Source: Cladosporium halotolerans (Eukaryota). From it: a stretch of 64,000 bases of DNA. Both the position numbers and the translations under genes were made by a program. The notes under the pieces are model-generated. The model worked only from the letters and a program-made list of their open reading frames with translations. It ran no database searches and had not been told where the DNA came from. The stretch spans positions 372,001-436,000 of the forward strand of contig NW_027191460.1 in NCBI RefSeq assembly GCF_011745625.1, given 5' to 3'. Of this stretch, positions 61,189 to 64,000 are shown piece by piece; position 1 is the first letter of the stretch; every line of letters begins with the position of its first letter.

Positions 61189-63814
61189 ATGGCACAAGCC
61201 TTTCAATCCCAGCGGCTGTCTTCTGGCTGGTCTTTGAAACAGACCGATACCGAAGACTGGCTTCCTGTAGCCCGAGTTCCAACGAACGTGCATTTGGATC
61301 TGCTAGACCATGACAAGTACAGCGCGACTTGACGGATACAATTTTTTTTTTTATCAATCACTGACGATCCACATAGGATCAAGGACCCCTTCCTGGGATT
61401 TAACGAACTTGATTGCGAATGGGTGGCCACCAAGTCCTGGACCTACAGAGTGGATCTGCCTGAGGTCGCACAATCTGTCCACGGTGCAAAACACATCCTC
61501 GCTCTCGATGGTCTTGATACCTTCGCCACTGTAAGGCTCGACGGTGAAAAGATACTGGAAAGTGACAACATGTTCATATACCACCGCATCGATGTTACAG
61601 AAAAGCTCAAGCCAGGCAAAAAGAGCACGCTTGAGATCGACTTCAGACCCGCTTTGGCAGAGGCGCAGAAGATCAAAGATGCTCACCCAGAGCATAAGTG
61701 GGTAGGCTTCAATGGTGACATGGCCCGCTTAGCGGTGCGAAAAGCGCAATATCACTTGTGAGTGACTCGGAGTCACTCGTCACAACGTTCGTCACGCCGC
61801 TAACGAATTCAGCGGTTGGGATTGGGGCCCGGTCTTGAACACCTGTGGACCTTGGAAAGATGTTCGCTTGGAGACTTACTCCGCTCGCATTGGCGATCTG
61901 CATGTCGACTACGGTCTCGACCCTAACCTGACTCAAGTCAAGGGCACCATCAACGCAGTAGTAGAAGGTTCAGTTGGTGAGAAGGTGGAGTTCAAAGCGT
62001 CTCTCGACGGAAAAGAAGTCTTCCACGCTGTTGCCGATTTGGACGACAAACGTAGGGTACAAGTGGATTTCCAAGTCAACGACCCTCAGCTATGGTACCC
62101 GCACGGTTACGGACAGCAGCCACTATATACCGTGACCGCTACGGTGATCCAAGACGGCCATGAGCTGCACACAGTATCGCATCGCACTGGTTTCAGGCAG
62201 ACAGAGCTTGTCCAGCAACCAGATTCTGTTGGCAAGACCTTCTACTTCCGCGTAAATGGTGTCGATGTCTTTTGTGGAGGCTCAGACTGGATTCCAGCCG
62301 ACAGTTTCACTCCTAGAATCTCCGAAGATCGTTATAGAAAATGGCTCGAAATGATGGTCGACGGGTATCAAGTCATGATTCGAATTTGGGGTGGCGGCAT
62401 ATGGGAGGATGATGTCTTCTACGACATCTGCGACGAGCTCGGTGTCTTGGTATGGCAAGACTTCATGTTCGGCTGTGGCAATTATCCAGCATACCCAGAG
62501 ATTCTCAAGTCGATCGAGGCCGAGTGCGTCTGCCAGACCAAACGTCTCAGGCACCACCCCAGCATGGCCATCTACGCGGGCAACAACGAGGACTACCAAG
62601 TCCAAGAGCAATACAAACTGACCTACAACTACGAAGACAAGAACCCCTCCAACTGGCTCAAAACCGACTTTCCCGCCCGCTACATCTACGAAAAGCTGCT
62701 CCCAGACGTCGTCGCCGCGCACTCCCCCCACATCCCCTACCACCCGGGCTCGCCCTGGGGCGACGGCCTCGTCTCCTCCAACCCCACCGTCGGCGACATG
62801 CACCAGTGGAACGTGTGGCACGGCACGCAGGAGAAGTACCAGATCTTCGACACCCTCGGCGGCCGCTTCAACAGCGAGTTCGGCATGGAGGCCTTCCCGC
62901 ACATCGACACTATCCGCCACTATGTGACGGACGAGTCGCAGCTGTACCCGCAGAGCCACGTGCTGGACTTCCACAATAAGGCTGATGGCCACGAGCGCCG
63001 CATCGCGACGTACCTGGTCGAGAATTTCCGCACCGAGACGGACCTCGAGAAGTTCATCCATCTCACGCAGCTTAGCCAGGCTGAGGCGCTGATGTTCGGG
63101 TACCGCGGCTGGAGGCGGCAGTGGGGACAGGAGAGGTTCTGTGGTGGGGCGCTGGTCTGGCAGCTGAATGATTGCTGGCCGGTGACTTCGTGGTCGATTG
63201 TGGACTATTTCCGCCGCAAGAAGCCGGCGTACTATGCGATGCGCAGAGTGCTGGCGCCCATCGCGGTCGCAGTCAAGCGTGCGCATCATGATTGGAGTGT
63301 CGTGCACGCTCGGCCCGCGAAGACGAGCGACTATGAGATGTGGGTTGCGAGCAGCAAGACCGAAGAGCTCGTCGCGACTGTGGAGCTGAGGTACATTTCA
63401 ATTGCTACGGGCAAGGAGATCAAGCCTGCTGTGGTGAAGAAAGACGTGAAGATCGTCGCCAACGGCACGACGGACGTATTCAAGGGCACGATCGACAACA
63501 CTGCGGAGGAAGCCCACGTTCTGGCTGCGCGCATCTGGGTGGATGGCGAGATTGTGTCGCGAGACACCGATTGGCCGCAGCCTCTCAAGTACCTGGACTT
63601 CTCTGACCGTGGCGTCGAAGTTATTCCGGAAGGCAACACGATCAGAGTGAAGGCAGATCGTCCTACGAAGGGTCTGGTCTTCGAGGAAAGGCAAGGGGTG
63701 CTCGTGCACGACAGCGCGATTGACGTGGTACCGGGCGACGAGCAAGTGATCAAAGTGAGAGGACTAGGTCAGAATGACCAGGCACTGGAGTGGAGATATT
63801 TGGGAAAACCATAA
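61189..63814 (+). CDS. Beta-mannosidase, GH2 (no signal peptide; MndB-like)
   Basis: DGLDTFA, RKAQYH|FGWDWGP, GSDWIPADSF, MIRIWGGG, WQDFMFGC, GNNE (acid/base), FNSEFG (nucleophile), WQLNDCWP. Introns 61317-61376 and 61758-61812. Confidence 0.95.
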
Positions 63815-64000
63815 TGATATTAAAAACTGTTTGAAAGGTCTTCTCTATGGAAATACAATAGTCTGAACAGTCTGAGCGCGATGGTAACACCAGAAAAGAA
63901 AACATTTACATTCTGAAATTTCTGGCCGCTTCCGCAGTCTCCGCTGACACAAACTCAGTGGACAAGGTACTGTAATCGATGTCTCCATAGTCGTTGGTAG

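Noticed and set aside
35323..63814. Possible CAZyme or secondary-metabolite gene cluster
   Set aside because: CAZyme genes are interspersed with housekeeping genes and act on unrelated substrates; no PKS, NRPS, cluster transporter or cluster regulator is present.

Overview
Gene-dense, GC-rich eukaryotic DNA from a filamentous ascomycete (short GT-AG introns with CTRAC branch points; Pezizomycotina-type genes; Dothideomycete-like by inference). I support 24 protein-coding genes, with exon boundaries read by hand. They encode: a Ser-rich membrane protein (5' truncated), AIF/AMID-like oxidoreductase, Agd3-like polysaccharide deacetylase, SDR, F-box-like protein, CSC1/OSCA channel, ExoIII-family AP endonuclease, class III aminotransferase, SRP19/Sec65, LAMMER kinase, ZNF511-like C2H2 protein, Est1/Ebs1/SMG7-like protein, GH62 arabinofuranosidase, Xaa-Pro aminopeptidase, thaumatin-like protein, calcineurin B, DUF1770 protein, sulfotransferase-like P-loop protein, NAD(P)-binding protein, a large DH/PH-like protein, GH162-like endo-beta-1,2-glucanase, a secreted G/S/A-rich repeat protein and GH2 beta-mannosidase. 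I saw no tRNA, rRNA, CRISPR array or intact transposon. The most unusual signals are: (1) about 12 recurring foci where the + strand switches from A/C-rich to G/T-rich around a GC-rich centre, regardless of gene position; (2) a structured 150-bp tandem duplication; (3) a structured 320-nt intron; (4) uORFs before the SMG7/Ebs1-like gene; (5) a secreted protein with an unrecognised helical repeat. Family calls come from motif recognition, not database searches.
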